Source: an uncultured Candidatus Rokubacteria bacterium
GTDB taxonomy: Bacteria > Methylomirabilota > Methylomirabilia > Rokubacteriales > DASRDR01
DNA: 64,000 bases
Direction: 5' to 3'
NCBI GenBank assembly: GCA_963805625.1
Contig: CAWDVE010000010.1
Span: 1,088,001-1,152,000, forward strand
Shown here: positions 9,243 through 18,214 of the stretch, in pieces
Layout of the letters: each line of letters begins with the position of its first letter
Numbering within the stretch: position 1 is the first letter of the stretch
Position numbers and translations under genes: made by a program
The notes under the pieces: model-generated
Told to the model about the DNA's origin: nothing
What the model saw: only the letters and a program-made list of their open reading frames with translations
Databases searched by the model: none

Positions 9243-10451
9243 CTAGGACCGCACCCGGTCGGCGCGAGCCTCCTTCGGCAGCCCGAGCACCCGCTCACCG
9301 ATGATGTTCTTCTGGATCTCCGAGGAGCCCGCGTAGATCGTCCCCGCCCGGGACCAGAGGAATGCCGTCGCCCAGGTGCCCGGCTCCCCCGAGGAGGTGT
9401 CGACGTCCGTGAAGCCGTCGGCGGCGCCAGTCATCGCCTGACCCCAGGGCCCCAGGATCTCCTGGACCCACTCGTGGTAGCGCTTCTCGAACTCGCTGTA
9501 GGAGAGCTTCGTGATCGACGCAGCCGGACCCGGGGACTCACCCTTCTCGAGGGCCGAGAGGATCCGCAGCGCCGCGTAGCGCTGGACCTCGAGGTCCACG
9601 TAGATCCGGGCGAGCTTGGTGCGGACCCCCGGGTCCTCGACGAGAGGCCGACCGCCCCGCTGGAGCGTCCGCACCGCCCGGAGCAGCTGCCGGAACGCGG
9701 CGGCGTAGCGGGTCACGCGCGCGAGCGAGTTGCCGCCCCTCTCGTAGGAGAGTGTGGTCTGCGCGATCGCCCAGCCTTGCCCGAGCTGGCCGACGAGGTC
9801 CGTCTTCTCGACGCGGGCGTCGCTCATGAAGACCTCGGAGAAGTGCGCGCTCCCGGTGATCTGGCGCAACGGGCGCACCTCGACCCCGGGCTGACGCATC
9901 GCGATCAGGAAGCACGAGATGCCCTTGTGCTTCGGGACGGCGGTGTCCGTCCGCGCGAGGAGCAGCCCCCAGTCGGCGACGAGGCCGCCGCTCGTCCAGA
10001 TCTTCTGCCCGGTCACCACGAAGTGATCGCCGCGATCCTCGGCCCGCGTACGGAGGCTCGCCAGGTCCGAGCCCGCGTTCGGCTCCGAGTAGAGCTGGCA
10101 CCAGAGCTCCTCCGCCGTCAGGATCTTCCTGAGGTAACGGCGCTTCTGGGTCTCGGTGCCATGCACGATGATGGTCGGCCCCACGATCGCGATGCCGAGG
10201 GGGTTGATCGGCGCTGGCGCCCCGGCGCGGGCCATCTCGTCCGCCACGATGGCCTGCTGGAGGGGGGTCGCGCCGCGCCCCCCGTACGGGACGGACCATC
10301 CCATCCCCACGTAGCCCGCGTCGTAGAGCTGGCGGTGCCAGGCGCGCCTGGCCTCGAGAGCGGCGGGTTCCTCCTGCGGGACGTTTGCCTCGAGCCAGCG
10401 CCGGGTGGCCTCGCGGAAGCGGAGGTCTTCGGGCGAGTACCTGAGATCCAT
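9243..10451 (-). CDS. Acyl-CoA dehydrogenase family protein (likely catalytic subunit)
   Basis: True start MDLRYS at 10451 after GGGGAGG; WCQLYSEPNAGSDLASL, GQKIWTS, TIYAGSSEIQ. Confidence 0.92.
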   Translation of the reverse strand: MDLRYSPEDLRFREATRRWLEANVPQEEPAALEARRAWHRQLYDAGYVGMGWSVPYGGRGATPLQQAIVADEMARAGAPAPINPLGIAIVGPTIIVHGTETQKRRYLRKILTAEELWCQLYSEPNAGSDLASLRTRAEDRGDHFVVTGQKIWTSGGLVADWGLLLARTDTAVPKHKGISCFLIAMRQPGVEVRPLRQITGSAHFSEVFMSDARVEKTDLVGQLGQGWAIAQTTLSYERGGNSLARVTRYAAAFRQLLRAVRTLQRGGRPLVEDPGVRTKLARIYVDLEVQRYAALRILSALEKGESPGPAASITKLSYSEFEKRYHEWVQEILGPWGQAMTGAADGFTDVDTSSGEPGTWATAFLWSRAGTIYAGSSEIQKNIIGERVLGLPKEARADRVRS

Positions 10452-10636
10452 GCGTCGCCTCCCCGCCAGCCCTCGGCCAGCTGCCTCCCACGATATGCGG
10501 GCGGGACCCGCGGCGCCAGCCTGAGACGGAAGGCGGACGGGCCTCGCAGGAGGGGATCGTATCAGGTACGGCGGCCGCGTGAAGAGGGCTGCCGCGCGGC
10601 GGCCTGAGCTCGGTGTGCCAGGCCCGACGAGGGGGA

Positions 10637-13075
10637 TCAGGCCGGAACGGCCTCCGCCACCGAGGACCGCCGGAGCATCACGTCGGCCACCTCGGTCGCG
10701 GTCGGCCGGCCGAAGAGGTATCCCTGCCCCTGGTCGCAGCCGAGGCCCCGCAGCTCGGCGAGCTGCTCCTTCGTCTCGACACCCTCGGCCACGGCCTTGA
10801 GCCCGAGCGCGCGCGTGAGGCCGACGACCGCGCGCACGATGGCGGCGTCTCCGCGGTTCGCGGGCAGGCCGGCCACGAAGGAGCGGTCCACCTTCAGCAC
10901 GTCGATGGGGAACCGCTTGAGGTAACCCAGGCTCGAGTAGCCCGTCCCGAAGTCGTCGATGGCCAGCCGGATGCCGATCGCCTTCAGGTGCTCGAGGGTC
11001 TTGACCGTGGCGTCGGCGTCGCCCATCGCGGTGCCTTCGGTGATCTCGACCTCGAGTCCCGAGGCGTCGAGCCCCGACTCGGCGAGCACCTGCCCCACGT
11101 CCTGGACGAGCCGCGGGTGGCGGAACTGGCGCGGCGACAGGTTGACGGCCATCACGAGATCGAGGCCGATCTCCGGGTCGGCCCGCCAGAGGGACGCCTG
11201 TCGGCAGGCGGTCTCGAGCACCCACCGCCCGATCGGCAGGATGAGGCCCGTCTCCTCCGCGATGGGAATGAACGAGCCCGGCGGGATCAGGCCGCGCTCG
11301 GGATGCTCCCAGCGAACCAGGGCCTCCAGCCCCACGATGTGGGCGGAGCGGAGGTCCACTTGGGGCTGGTAGTGCAACCGGAGCTCGCCCCGATCGAGGG
11401 CCCGGCGCAGCTCGGTCTCCATCTTGAGCCGGCCCTTCACCGTCTCGCGCATGCTCGACTTGAACACCTCGAAGCAGGCACGGCCGTTGGCTTTCGCCCG
11501 GTACATGGCGATGTCGGCGTTGCGCAGGAGTCCTTGGGCGGTGGTGCCCTGGTCGCGCCCGCCGAGGGCGATCCCGATGCTGGCGCCCACGAAGATCTCT
11601 TGGTTCTCGATCCGGAACGAGCCGCGGAACGCCTCGATGATTCGCTCGGCGACGAGGGCCGCGTCCGCGCTCAAACCGACGTCCTCGAGCAGCACGGTGA
11701 ACTCGTCGCCACCGATGCGCGCGATGGTATCGACGCGCCGGAGGCAGCCGCGGAGGCGATCGGCAACCTGGACCAGTAGCTGATCGCCGTGGTCGTGCCC
11801 GAGGTTGTCGTTGACCAGCTTGAAGCGGTCGAGGTCGAGGAAGAGCACCGCGGCGAACTTTCCCCGGCGCGCGGAGCGCTCGAGCGCCTGCTCGAGCCGA
11901 TCCATGAACAGCATGCGGTTCGGCAGCCCCGTCAGCTGGTCGTGAAGCGCCCGCTGCACCAACTGCGCCTCGAGGGACTTGTGCCGGCTGATGTCCCGGG
12001 CATTGAGGACGATGCCGCGCACTCCGGGCTGGTGGAGCAGGTTGGTCCCCTTTACCTCGAGCCATCGCCACGAGCCATCGCGGTGCTGCCAACGAAGCTC
12101 GACCGACCGCGATCCGCGCTGTTCGAGCAGCTCGGCGTGGAAGACCTGCGCGCTCTGCGCGTCCCCCTCGTGGACGAGCGCCCAGCCGCGGGTCCCGACC
12201 AGCCGGTCAGGTTCGTAGCCCAGGACCGTTTGGACCGCGGGGCTCACGTGTCGGACCGTGCCATCGGGCTCGAGAACGAGGATGACGTCCGCAGCGTGCT
12301 GCACCAGGGCCCGGAAGCGCTCCTCGCTCGCACGGAGCCCCTGCTCCTCGGTCGCCAGCAGGCGATAGGCGCGCCCGAGACGGAGGACACGGAAGCCGAG
12401 CCAGCCCACAGCCGCGCCGCCGAGGCTCGCGAGGACCGCGACGCCCACCGCGAGGGCCCGATGGGTCCGCTCCAGCACGCCGGCATACGTCCCGGCGGCA
12501 AGCCCGGTAGCCTGGCTCACCTCTTCGAGCCCGGCGCGCGGCGCGACAGCCCGAGCCTGATCGAGGCGTCCGGCGAGGAGCAGCGCGAAGGCCTCGTCCA
12601 CCGCGACCTGCTGCACCTGCACTGCGGCGCGCACCCGGCCAGACGCCCGGGGGCCGCCGTCCAGGCGCAGGATCCGGTCGAACGCGCCGATGTGTCTCTC
12701 GTCACGATCGAGCGTGTCCAGGTCGAGGGTGAGATGCTGCCGCGCCTCCCGCAGCCGGCCGGCGAACTCCGCGCCACGGCGCGGGTCGAGGATCGCCTGG
12801 CGCTTGATGACGTGTTCCTGACCGATGCGCTCCTCCACCTGGGACATCAGGAGAAGCGCACGACGGTGAGCCACAGTCTGCTGGACGAGGAGGAAACCGC
12901 CGGCGACCGAGAGCGCGGCGACGGAGAGCGCGATCACCAGCGCGAGACGAGCCGACCGGTCGACTGTCCGCCCGACGGGCCCATCTTCGGGCCGCCGGGA
13001 ATCGCCTGCTCCCTCGGGGCCCGCAGATGATACCCGCGCGGCTTGGAACGGCCAGCGGCGAACTCTGCCCTTCAC
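10637..13075 (-). CDS. Membrane-anchored PAS-GGDEF-EAL diguanylate cyclase/phosphodiesterase
   Basis: Two TM segments, PAS (ERFRALVQHAAD...DGSWRWLE), intact GGDEF with RxxD I-site, EALVRW, DDFGTGYSSL. Start uncertain; GTG 13075 follows GGGAGAG. Confidence 0.92.
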   Translation of the reverse strand: MKGRVRRWPFQAARVSSAGPEGAGDSRRPEDGPVGRTVDRSARLALVIALSVAALSVAGGFLLVQQTVAHRRALLLMSQVEERIGQEHVIKRQAILDPRRGAEFAGRLREARQHLTLDLDTLDRDERHIGAFDRILRLDGGPRASGRVRAAVQVQQVAVDEAFALLLAGRLDQARAVAPRAGLEEVSQATGLAAGTYAGVLERTHRALAVGVAVLASLGGAAVGWLGFRVLRLGRAYRLLATEEQGLRASEERFRALVQHAADVILVLEPDGTVRHVSPAVQTVLGYEPDRLVGTRGWALVHEGDAQSAQVFHAELLEQRGSRSVELRWQHRDGSWRWLEVKGTNLLHQPGVRGIVLNARDISRHKSLEAQLVQRALHDQLTGLPNRMLFMDRLEQALERSARRGKFAAVLFLDLDRFKLVNDNLGHDHGDQLLVQVADRLRGCLRRVDTIARIGGDEFTVLLEDVGLSADAALVAERIIEAFRGSFRIENQEIFVGASIGIALGGRDQGTTAQGLLRNADIAMYRAKANGRACFEVFKSSMRETVKGRLKMETELRRALDRGELRLHYQPQVDLRSAHIVGLEALVRWEHPERGLIPPGSFIPIAEETGLILPIGRWVLETACRQASLWRADPEIGLDLVMAVNLSPRQFRHPRLVQDVGQVLAESGLDASGLEVEITEGTAMGDADATVKTLEHLKAIGIRLAIDDFGTGYSSLGYLKRFPIDVLKVDRSFVAGLPANRGDAAIVRAVVGLTRALGLKAVAEGVETKEQLAELRGLGCDQGQGYLFGRPTATEVADVMLRRSSVAEAVPA

Positions 13076-13136
13076 AGGCTCTCCCACGCAGAGGTTGAGG
13101 GCTCCCGGGATCCTCCGGGACACCGTGCGGGGGTAA

Positions 13137-13153
13137 GGCAAGTCTCGTGCCTG
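13137..13153 (-). promoter_or_regulatory. Sigma-54 (-24/-12) type promoter of the GGDEF-EAL gene
   Basis: Minus strand CAGGCACGAGACTTGCC = GG-N10-GC, close to consensus TGGCACG-N4-TTGC, about 60 nt upstream of the likely start. Confidence 0.7.
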
Positions 13154-13270
13154 GGGAAAGCACCCGGAAAGGGGTGGGGGGGAGGAGATTCGGGCACCGA
13201 TTGACCCAAACTCCCTCAGCCGAGACTGGAGGGAGGGATCGGAACTCTCTATGGGGACTGACAATCTGAC

Positions 13271-13311
13271 GTGTGACGAAATGCCGCGACCGGCGCCGAA
13301 GATCGTCACAC
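13271..13311. promoter_or_regulatory. Inverted repeat, candidate enhancer (UAS) for a sigma-54 activator
   Basis: GTGTGACGA-N23-TCGTCACAC, perfect 9-bp arms, 120-160 bp upstream of the -24 element. Confidence 0.45.
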
Positions 13312-13360
13312 ACGAGACACCCCATCAGGCCCGCCCGCGCGCCCAGGGTCCGGGGCGGGG

Positions 13361-13625
13361 TCAGAACGGCGGGGGCAGCCCAGGGATCCCAAGCAGGAGT
13401 CCGAGTCCCCAGCCCGCCAGGACCACGCCCACAGCCGCCGTCATCGCCCGGCCCCAGGCGACGACCTTCTCCACGAACATGACCACGGCCAATGCCAGCA
13501 TCCAGCCGAGATGGGCCCCGCCGACCGCGAACATCACGAGCATCAGGGCCCAGCAGCACCCGACGCAGTACAGACCCACGGCTCCAGGCGGTCCCCGACA
13601 GGAGAAGGGGCGGACGTGGCGGCCA
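13361..13625 (-). pseudogene. DUF2182 (predicted metal-binding membrane protein) remnant with internal deletion
   Basis: C-terminal GLYCVGCCWALMLVMFAVG...VEK is characteristic, but only about 72 codons remain. They are preceded out of frame by a short GTG-initiated piece just after the DUF1326 stop. Confidence 0.7.
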
Positions 13626-13634
13626 CGTTGCCAG

Positions 13635-13853
13635 CTAGGCGGCGAAGCGGAACGAGCCCTCGACCGCGTTCCGGTTCACGAAGGACCACTCCATCCCGTG
13701 CTCCGGAATGTGAACCTTGTGGTAGGTCGCCTTGGCCACGTACGCGGGCGAACCCGGGATGGTCGTGAAGATCGTGTTGCTGAGCGTTGTGGGGTTGCCC
13801 TTGGCGTCGACGTACGGCGCCATCGCCGCTTCCACCTTGTCGCCGATTTTCAT
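13635..13853 (-). pseudogene. DUF1326 C-terminal remnant (72 aa)
   Basis: TTLSNTIFTTIPGSPAYVAKA...GMEWSFVNRNAVEGSFRF resembles DUF1326 C-termini. The Cys-rich N-terminus is absent and the usual partner DUF2182 is adjacent. Confidence 0.65.
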
Positions 13854-13886
13854 GGTGGAAGCATTGCGCCCCCGTCGAACGGCGCT

Positions 13887-13959
13887 ACTCTACGGCCGCG
13901 CTTCGAAGGCCGTCAAGGGCCGCCGCCAGCTTGACACGCGCGCGGCCCGGCCGTATCTA
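13887..13959. promoter_or_regulatory. Divergent sigma-70-like promoter pair (DUF1326 remnant / lhgO)
   Basis: Minus: TTGACG(13916-13911)-N18-TAGAGT(13892-13887). Plus: TTGACA(13931-13936)-N17-TATCTA(13954-13959). Confidence 0.55.
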
Positions 13960-14018
13960 TGGGGCCTTGTGCAGAGGCATCGCGTGAGCCAGGAGACCCT
14001 CGGATCGAGGCGGTGCGC

Positions 14019-15230
14019 GTGAGCGACCGGTTCGATCTGGCCGTGGTCGGAGGGGGGATCGTGGGGCTCGCGACGGCGCGCGCGCTCCTCGCGGACCGCC
14101 CCGGCCTTCGCCTGGTGATCCTCGAGAAGGAGGCGCGGCTTGCCTCGCACCAGACCGGACACAACAGTGGCGTCATTCACTCCGGAATCTACTACAAGCC
14201 CGGCTCGCACAAGGCGCGGCTCTGCGTCGAGGGCGCCCGGCTGATGAAGGAGCTCTGCGCGCAGCGCGGGATCCGCGTCGACCCGATCGGCAAGGTGATC
14301 GTCGCCACCTCCGAGGCCGAGCTGCCGCGACTCCAGGCGCTCTTCGAGCGCGGCACCGCCAACGGCGTCCAGGGCCTCAGGCTCCTCGACAGGGACCACC
14401 TCCGCGAGATCGAGCCTCACGCCGTGGCCATACGCGCGATCCACTCGCCCACCACCTCGATCGTCGACTACGGGGAGGTCGCCCAGGCTCTCGCGCGGGA
14501 GCTGCTCACGCAGGGCACCGTCATCCGGACCGGATCCCGGGTCAGCGCGATCCAGCGGACCGACGAGGGGTTCGACCTGTCGACCGGATCCGGCCCCATC
14601 CAGGCGCGCCGGCTCGTCAATTGCGCTGGGCTCTACTCGGACATCGTCGCCAGGCTCGCCGGCGCCCGCCCCGGCGTGCGGATCATCCCGTTCCGGGGGG
14701 AGTACTACATGATCCGGCCGGAACGGCACGATCTCGTGCGCGGCCTGATTTACCCGGTCCCCGATCCCGAGTTCCCCTTCCTCGGTGTCCACTTCACGCG
14801 CACCGTCCACGGCGACGTCGAGGCGGGGCCGAACGCGGTGCTGGCCTTCGCCCGCGAAGGCTACCGCTTCGGGCGGATCCATCTGCGGGAGCTGGCAGGC
14901 ACCCTCGGCTATCGGGGCTTCTGGTCGATGGCCCGTCGCTACTGGCGGACCGGAAGCTACGAGATGTACCGGTCGCTCAGCAAGGCGGCGTTCGTGCAGG
15001 CCCTCCGGCGACTCCTGCCCGAGATCGGACCGGCCGACATCACCCCCGGCGGCGCTGGCGTCCGTGCCCAAGCCGTGGCCGAGGACGGATCGCTGGTCGA
15101 CGACTTCCGCATCGCCAGGTCCACGGCTGCGATCCACGTCCTGAATGCGCCGTCTCCAGCAGCCACGGCCTCGCTCGCCATCGGCCGCCATATCGCGGGG
15201 CTCGCCAGGGAATCGTTCGTCCTCGGCTAA
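14019..15230 (+). CDS. lhgO: L-2-hydroxyglutarate oxidase
   Basis: GGGIVG FAD motif, HQTGHNSGVIHSGIYYKPGS, PFRGEY, YPVPDPEFPFLGVH, NAPSPAATASL. Confidence 0.92.
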   Translation: MSDRFDLAVVGGGIVGLATARALLADRPGLRLVILEKEARLASHQTGHNSGVIHSGIYYKPGSHKARLCVEGARLMKELCAQRGIRVDPIGKVIVATSEAELPRLQALFERGTANGVQGLRLLDRDHLREIEPHAVAIRAIHSPTTSIVDYGEVAQALARELLTQGTVIRTGSRVSAIQRTDEGFDLSTGSGPIQARRLVNCAGLYSDIVARLAGARPGVRIIPFRGEYYMIRPERHDLVRGLIYPVPDPEFPFLGVHFTRTVHGDVEAGPNAVLAFAREGYRFGRIHLRELAGTLGYRGFWSMARRYWRTGSYEMYRSLSKAAFVQALRRLLPEIGPADITPGGAGVRAQAVAEDGSLVDDFRIARSTAAIHVLNAPSPAATASLAIGRHIAGLARESFVLG

Positions 15231-15340
15231 CCGCCACCGTGGGACGCGGGTGACGCCGGGCGACGCCTCCGCGCTGAGGCCGGGGGAGTTCGAACCGGCG
15301 CCACCCACCGCGCCAGGTCCCAAAGCCAGTTCGAGCGGCG

Positions 15341-16273
15341 CTAGTTGCGCGGCGGCGCGACCCTGGCTGCGAGGAACCCGGTGACCTCCGCGATCGCGTC
15401 GGCCCGAGCCTCAAGATCGGTCCCCACGGTGGCACCACAGCAGCCGCCGGGCTTGCTGTGGTTGCGCACTTCCGGCCGGTAGCGGAGGGGCGTCGCCGGT
15501 GCGTCGAAGCTGTGGTGGGCGCCAGGGTACACCTTGATCGCGATCGGCGCGCCGGCCGCCTGCGCCCGCTCGACGAGCGCCATGCACGGCGCGGCCGGCG
15601 TCCAGTCGTCGAGGGCGCCCACCAGAACGTAGAGAGGCGCGTAAGGGCGAAACTCCGGCCCTCCCGGGTAGTTCCGGGTGCAGTTCGGGTAGAAGGCGAC
15701 GGCGGCGCGGAAGTCCCGCTCGGCCGTGCCCTGGTCGAAGAGCACGCTGAGGGTGGCCGCCGCCCCGTTCGACCAGCCGAGGAGCCCGATCCGGTCCGCC
15801 TGCACGTCGAGCCGGCCCTGGAGATAGCGCAATGCGCCCCGAGCGTCGTCCGCGCGGTCGCGCACCGGCGAGAGAAGGTGACGGCCGGTGCACACCTCGT
15901 CGATGCCGCGCGTCGTGAAGCTGTCCACCAGGAGGGCGACGTAGCCGAGGTCGCGTAGGTGCTCCGCCCAGAACCGGAGCTTCCCCTGGATTCCTCCCGC
16001 AGGGGTCCGGAGACCCGTGCAGCCGTGAAGCAGGACGAGGGCCGGGAACGGTCCCGCGCCCTCGGGCTGGAAAAGCACGCCTTCGAGCCGGGCGGCAGCC
16101 CGGCCGTCATGTGGCTCGCCGACGAAGCTCACGAGCTCACCCGCACCGGACGCCGGGGAACTGGCCACCGCGTCACTGCGCGGTGCCCGGCCCGCCGCCG
16201 CGAGGCCGATGGCGCCGCAGGCGGCGGTCACGAGTGCGGCAAGCCAGGACGCCACGCGCGGCGCTCGCCTCAC
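15341..16273 (-). CDS. Secreted dienelactone-hydrolase-family alpha/beta hydrolase
   Basis: GPFPALVLLHGC, GWSNG nucleophile elbow, DDWTP, YPGAHHSFD; GTG start overlaps the NIPSNAP stop (GTGA). Confidence 0.85.
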   Translation of the reverse strand: MRRAPRVASWLAALVTAACGAIGLAAAGRAPRSDAVASSPASGAGELVSFVGEPHDGRAAARLEGVLFQPEGAGPFPALVLLHGCTGLRTPAGGIQGKLRFWAEHLRDLGYVALLVDSFTTRGIDEVCTGRHLLSPVRDRADDARGALRYLQGRLDVQADRIGLLGWSNGAAATLSVLFDQGTAERDFRAAVAFYPNCTRNYPGGPEFRPYAPLYVLVGALDDWTPAAPCMALVERAQAAGAPIAIKVYPGAHHSFDAPATPLRYRPEVRNHSKPGGCCGATVGTDLEARADAIAEVTGFLAARVAPPRN

Positions 16274-16593
16274 TGCATCGGCGAGTAGGGCGTTGGCCGC
16301 CAGATCTCGCTCCGGATCCGCGCGATGATGGGACCGTCCTGCTCCGACTCCGCGCGGACACGCTGCCACTCGGGATCGGCCCCGAAGGTCGCCCAGGCTC
16401 GCTCGCGGTGCCCGAGGTCGTCGAACCGGACTACGTAGTGGAGCACGTTGGAGATACCGATGACCACGTCCCAGAATCCAACGACCTCGATGCCGTGCTT
16501 CCGGAAAAGCCCGATGGTGTGGTTCTGGAACCGGGCGTGCATGGCCGGCATGCGGCCGGGAACGACCTCGTAGCTGCGCAGCTCGTAGATCAC
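16270..16593 (-). CDS. NIPSNAP family protein
   Basis: IYELRSY...LFRKHGI...RERAWATF.ADPEW...PTPYSP; GTGA overlap with the NUDIX stop. Confidence 0.9.
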   Translation of the reverse strand: MIYELRSYEVVPGRMPAMHARFQNHTIGLFRKHGIEVVGFWDVVIGISNVLHYVVRFDDLGHRERAWATFGADPEWQRVRAESEQDGPIIARIRSEIWRPTPYSPMQ

Positions 16594-17273
16594 CGGTCGA
16601 ACTCCTGTTCGGCGTGTGGCGTGGGCGTGAAGGACACGAGGGTCCGCGCCGCGCGAAGCGCGCGGCGAAGGCCGGAATCGAGATGCAGCGTCGCGAGCTC
16701 GTCCCACGTGAACCACCGGAGGGCCCGGGCCTCCGCGGCCAGGCGGCGCAGGCTCGCACCGCGGGGCGCGACGACGAGGTACCGAAGATCGAGATGGCGG
16801 TGTGTGGGATCGTCACCGCGGGCCGGGATGGGATGCACGTCGACGTCAAGCGGCCGGGGCGCCGACGTGTGGAGGGCCAGCCCCTCGATGCCCGTCTCCT
16901 CGCGCGCCTCCCGGAGGGCGACCACCTCACCCTCACGCTCCCCGGACTCCGCATGGCCGCCGGGCTGGAGCCAGCGCCGAAGCTTCCGGTGGTGGAGCAG
17001 GAGCACCCGGTCCCCCGTCGCCGACACGACCACCGCACTACCCGTGAGATGCCCCTCGACGATGCCGCGATCGAAGGGATCGGGATGGCGGTCGAGGAAC
17101 GCCAGGATCTCGGAGAGGTCGCTCGCCTCCTTCGCGTCCGCCGGAGCGTGCCGTCTCAGCAGGGCGTGAAGGGGTGAATCGCCCGGGACCTCGGTCACGC
17201 CGCTCGGCCCGTCGCCGGACCCCACGACCTGCTCGACACTCGCGACGTGAAGGCGCTCCCCGCGGACGATCAC
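16590..17273 (-). CDS. NUDIX hydrolase
   Basis: GHLTGSA, WLQPGGH, ALREAREETG Nudix box, HLDLRY. Start uncertain (17273 or 17198). Confidence 0.88.
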   Translation of the reverse strand: MIVRGERLHVASVEQVVGSGDGPSGVTEVPGDSPLHALLRRHAPADAKEASDLSEILAFLDRHPDPFDRGIVEGHLTGSAVVVSATGDRVLLLHHRKLRRWLQPGGHAESGEREGEVVALREAREETGIEGLALHTSAPRPLDVDVHPIPARGDDPTHRHLDLRYLVVAPRGASLRRLAAEARALRWFTWDELATLHLDSGLRRALRAARTLVSFTPTPHAEQEFDR

Positions 17274-17283
17274 GATCTCCAGC

Positions 17284-17312
17284 ACGGTAGGGCGGGGGCG
17301 CGGCGGTGTCAA
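17284..17312 (-). promoter_or_regulatory. Sigma-70 promoter for the NUDIX-NIPSNAP-hydrolase operon
   Basis: TTGACA-N17-TACCGT on the minus strand. Confidence 0.65.
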
Positions 17313-17335
17313 CAACATCACGCGAGCTTCCGCCC

Positions 17336-17830
17336 GTGTGGCACACTCGGACCGTGGGACTGGGCCGCACCACTCGCTTCGCGCCATTGCCCGCCGGCGC
17401 CCGGCGCGTCAGCGTGATGCGGGCGGGCACGGTCGGCGTGAAAGCCCTGGCGCCTTCCGATGAGCTCCTGGCGGAGTTCCAAGCCCGGAAGCGCGCGCTG
17501 ATGCGCGCCGGCGCGACCGGCGACGCGGCCCACGCCGAGGCGCACCGGGCGCTCGGCTATCGCGAGCGCTTCCTACGAGAGATTTGCGGCCGGCCGGACG
17601 CGCTCGCCGCCCTGCGCCAGCTCATTGCCGAGGCCCGCACCGGGGACGTCTACCTCATGTGCATGTGCGGCTACCAGACGCCCGGGCGCGCGTGCCACAC
17701 CTACGCGCTCCTCGACCTCGCCCGCGAGCTAGACCCCACGGTCCGAGAGCTGACCGAGCCCGCCCCGCGACGGCTGGCCTCGACCTCTGAGCAGGCTGCC
17801 CGACGTGGACGGCGCCACGGCGATCGCTAG
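17336..17830 (+). CDS. Hypothetical protein, DUF488-like
   Basis: SVMR...LAPSDELL...YRERFLRE...VYLMC...CH pattern resembles DUF488-type proteins. Start uncertain (17306 or 17336). Confidence 0.55.
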   Translation: MWHTRTVGLGRTTRFAPLPAGARRVSVMRAGTVGVKALAPSDELLAEFQARKRALMRAGATGDAAHAEAHRALGYRERFLREICGRPDALAALRQLIAEARTGDVYLMCMCGYQTPGRACHTYALLDLARELDPTVRELTEPAPRRLASTSEQAARRGRRHGDR

Positions 17831-17848
17831 GACGGCCTGACCCCGGCG

Positions 17849-18175
17849 CTAGCCGGGCGCCGCGCCGCGGCAGATCTCGCAGGGACACCACTCCCGAAGC
17901 TTGTGGAACGTGTAGATCCCGGTCGCGTGGCCGTCGCTCCACCGGACTCGGATCGCGTACCGGCCCACCAGCGTGACCTCCTCGGCCCGGATGTCCGCGC
18001 GGACCGAGCGCGGGTCGAGCAGGCGCTGGCCGGTCAGCTCGTGCACGCAGCCGGCGCACGGGCACCGCTCGCGGAGCATCTTGTTCGGGAAGACGCTCCG
18101 GTGGCCGTCGGACCACGAGACGTGGATCTCACGGTCCTCGATCCGGCGGATCTCGACCGGCGACGCATCAGGCAT
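17849..18175 (-). CDS. DUF971 / gamma-butyrobetaine hydroxylase-like N-terminal domain protein
   Basis: WSDGH...LRERCPCAGC...VGRYAI...WSDGHATGIY. Confidence 0.9.
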   Translation of the reverse strand: MPDASPVEIRRIEDREIHVSWSDGHRSVFPNKMLRERCPCAGCVHELTGQRLLDPRSVRADIRAEEVTLVGRYAIRVRWSDGHATGIYTFHKLREWCPCEICRGAAPG

Positions 18176-18214
18176 TGTTTGAGGATCCCCCCCCGAGCCC
18201 GTATCCTACCAGCC

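Noticed and set aside
9243-12092. 949-aa ORF suggesting a giant acyl-CoA dehydrogenase fusion
   Set aside because: The first 547 codons are an alternative frame of the GGDEF-EAL gene plus the intergenic gap. The real gene starts at ATG 10451 with its own SD.
15280-15302. GTTCGAACC resembling a tRNA T-loop or att site
   Set aside because: The flanks do not form a 5-bp T-stem on either strand, and there is no acceptor stem or CCA.
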